Source: a virus
Taxonomy: Duplodnaviria > Heunggongvirae > Uroviricota > Caudoviricetes
DNA length: 39,628 nucleotides
Direction: 5' to 3' (one strand)
Virus record (IMG/VR): IMGVR_UViG_2565956762_000004
Each line of letters begins with the position of its first letter. Position 1 is the stretch's first letter. The position numbers and the translations under genes are program-made. Under the pieces are notes generated by a model, which made no database searches, had not been told where the DNA came from, and saw only the letters and a program-made list of their open reading frames with translations. Of this stretch, positions 38,217 to 39,628 are shown one piece after another.

Positions 38217-38292
38217 TTTAAAGAAAATTAAGCTCTTGAAAGTGCTTGGTTTTATGGAATAATGAAACCAAATAGTTTACAGGAGTTTTCTT

Positions 38293-39189
38293 ATGCAGTT
38301 GTATGCCTTACGTGTGTTAATGAGACCGCGCGATCCAGACCTCTTTTCGAAAGGAGCTGTTCAGAAAGATATCTCTCATTTTGAAAATGCTATGGTTGTC
38401 GCTGCAAAAAATTTACACATGACGTCATCAACACCTTCCGTTCATAAGAAAACTAGTTACACCCTGAAATTGAGCATAAAACCTACTGATGGTGTTATGG
38501 CTGGAGTCATATCAAAGCTGCAAAAGATTAAAGGACATGATAAAGACTTTCGAGAGTACGATGTAGACAACTATCCACCTATCGTATGGATTTGGGACAA
38601 AGTAGAGCAGGTGTTACTGGTTGAGAGGAAAACCGCTGTTTTCAAGGATGCGCAACAAGTTGCTAAAGCATTCGAAGATCTAGCCAATAACGACTATTTG
38701 GCTCAGTTAGGACTTAGAATATTTATAGAGCCTTGTCTTGAAATGGAAGATTTTTGGTCAGAATACCATAGGCTTCAATTTATCGACAAAGTCAGCTTTA
38801 CGCTGATTACTCCGAATATCTTCGGAAGCAGTAAGCAAGCGTTAACCAATGATTTACGGAAGCTTGAAAAAGATACCAATGCAAATACTGTGACCACTAT
38901 TTTTGAAAACAAAGATGGCAATTTGAAACTCAAAGGTTCTCATTGGGCTGAGACTCTTGTTGACTGGGTCAAAGATGGTGGCGGGTCATGGTTGATTAAA
39001 GGACGTAAGACACTCAAGTCAAAATCTACTACGGTATCCAGTAATCAGACAGCCAAAATCGTGCTGATCGAAGGTGAGATATCAGAAATTGAACTTGATG
39101 GCTACTCAGCAAATGATATTAAAGAGATCATAGCATTACATCAAAACAGGTATACGTTCAAAAATGCAAAATCTAACTGTCTGGATTAA
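38293..39189 (+). CDS. hypothetical soluble protein, 298 aa, first gene of int-proximal cargo cassette
   Basis: AGGAG Shine-Dalgarno 7 nt before ATG; low GC; no motif recognised (no HExxH). Confidence 0.6.
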   Translation: MQLYALRVLMRPRDPDLFSKGAVQKDISHFENAMVVAAKNLHMTSSTPSVHKKTSYTLKLSIKPTDGVMAGVISKLQKIKGHDKDFREYDVDNYPPIVWIWDKVEQVLLVERKTAVFKDAQQVAKAFEDLANNDYLAQLGLRIFIEPCLEMEDFWSEYHRLQFIDKVSFTLITPNIFGSSKQALTNDLRKLEKDTNANTVTTIFENKDGNLKLKGSHWAETLVDWVKDGGGSWLIKGRKTLKSKSTTVSSNQTAKIVLIEGEISEIELDGYSANDIKEIIALHQNRYTFKNAKSNCLD

Positions 39190-39628
39190 AGCTATAGCTA
39201 CCTTCTTTTTGTGCTTAGCATTAGCATCGACTGATAAAACCATTTATACCTTACTTGAGCAGGCTTCTGCTGGAGTAATAGGTTCAATACTTGGAGGTAT
39301 TGCCGCAGGTATCTCCGTTATCTTCGGAATTTTGGCTGTCATTAATAAGGGCGAGAAAAGCACAGACTTTACGGACTATTTAGATAGTTTAGAATTAGAT
39401 TTGAAATTACTGGTCATGTGTCTGGCAGTAACAATCTTCCTTCCCTATTTACGTAATTATGACATACCACTAGTAAATTATCCTCAGCACGAATTTATCC
39501 CTTCTAAAGGCAAGCTATTTACTGCTTTAGAACTTTTTGCTATCGTGCTATCTCTTAACCTCATTGCAGAAGTGATTAGCTGCATGATTTTAGTGGTTAA
39601 AAAAAGTTTCAAAATTGAATCAAAGTGA
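39164..39628 (+). CDS. small membrane protein with about four TM helices, 154 aa
   Basis: Four hydrophobic segments; start overlaps the upstream gene by 26 nt; stop is the last codon of the window. Confidence 0.55.
   Translation: MQNLTVWIKAIATFFLCLALASTDKTIYTLLEQASAGVIGSILGGIAAGISVIFGILAVINKGEKSTDFTDYLDSLELDLKLLVMCLAVTIFLPYLRNYDIPLVNYPQHEFIPSKGKLFTALELFAIVLSLNLIAEVISCMILVVKKSFKIESK

Larger units (their letters stand above)
1696..39628. mobile_element. lambdoid prophage with Mu-like contractile tail, e14-like organisation; int-proximal end lies beyond the window
   Basis: Contiguous int/xis, cI/cro, replication, Q, lysis, terminase, head, tail, baseplate and fibre-inversion modules; abuts an icd 3' fragment. 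Confidence 0.8.

Noticed and set aside
38293-39189. Lit-like zinc metalloprotease (the abortive-infection protein found near int in K-12 e14, of similar length)
   Set aside because: No HExxH motif in the protein, and the gene is co-oriented with int, unlike lit as I recall it.

Overview
All calls are from reading the sequence and ORF track; family names are from memory of motifs, not from a search. The window holds a short host segment (1-1695: a 134-aa ORF, an IraM-like gene and the displaced 3' end of icd on the minus strand) followed by a near-complete lambdoid prophage with a Mu-like contractile tail, laid out like the icd-integrating e14 element of E. coli K-12 and running past the window end. 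Reading the prophage from high to low coordinate: integrase/excisionase, early genes (YfdP/Q/R-like), cI/cro immunity region, replication initiator with internal iterons, RusA, Q antiterminator, lysis cassette, terminase, HK97-type head genes, Mu-like tail and baseplate, then an invertible tail-fibre segment whose invertase gene is truncated. Four low-GC cargo loci are the most interesting and remain unassigned: (1) a soluble 298-aa protein plus 4-TM membrane protein behind a consensus LexA box downstream of int; (2) a standalone TIR-like protein between Q and the holin; (3) a signal-anchored protein with its own terminator inside the tail operon; (4) a reverse-oriented gene in the early operon next to a GC-rich, heavily structured non-coding island. 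A GmrSD-like type IV restriction gene sits where K-12 carries mcrA, and the major capsid gene carries an in-frame amber codon.
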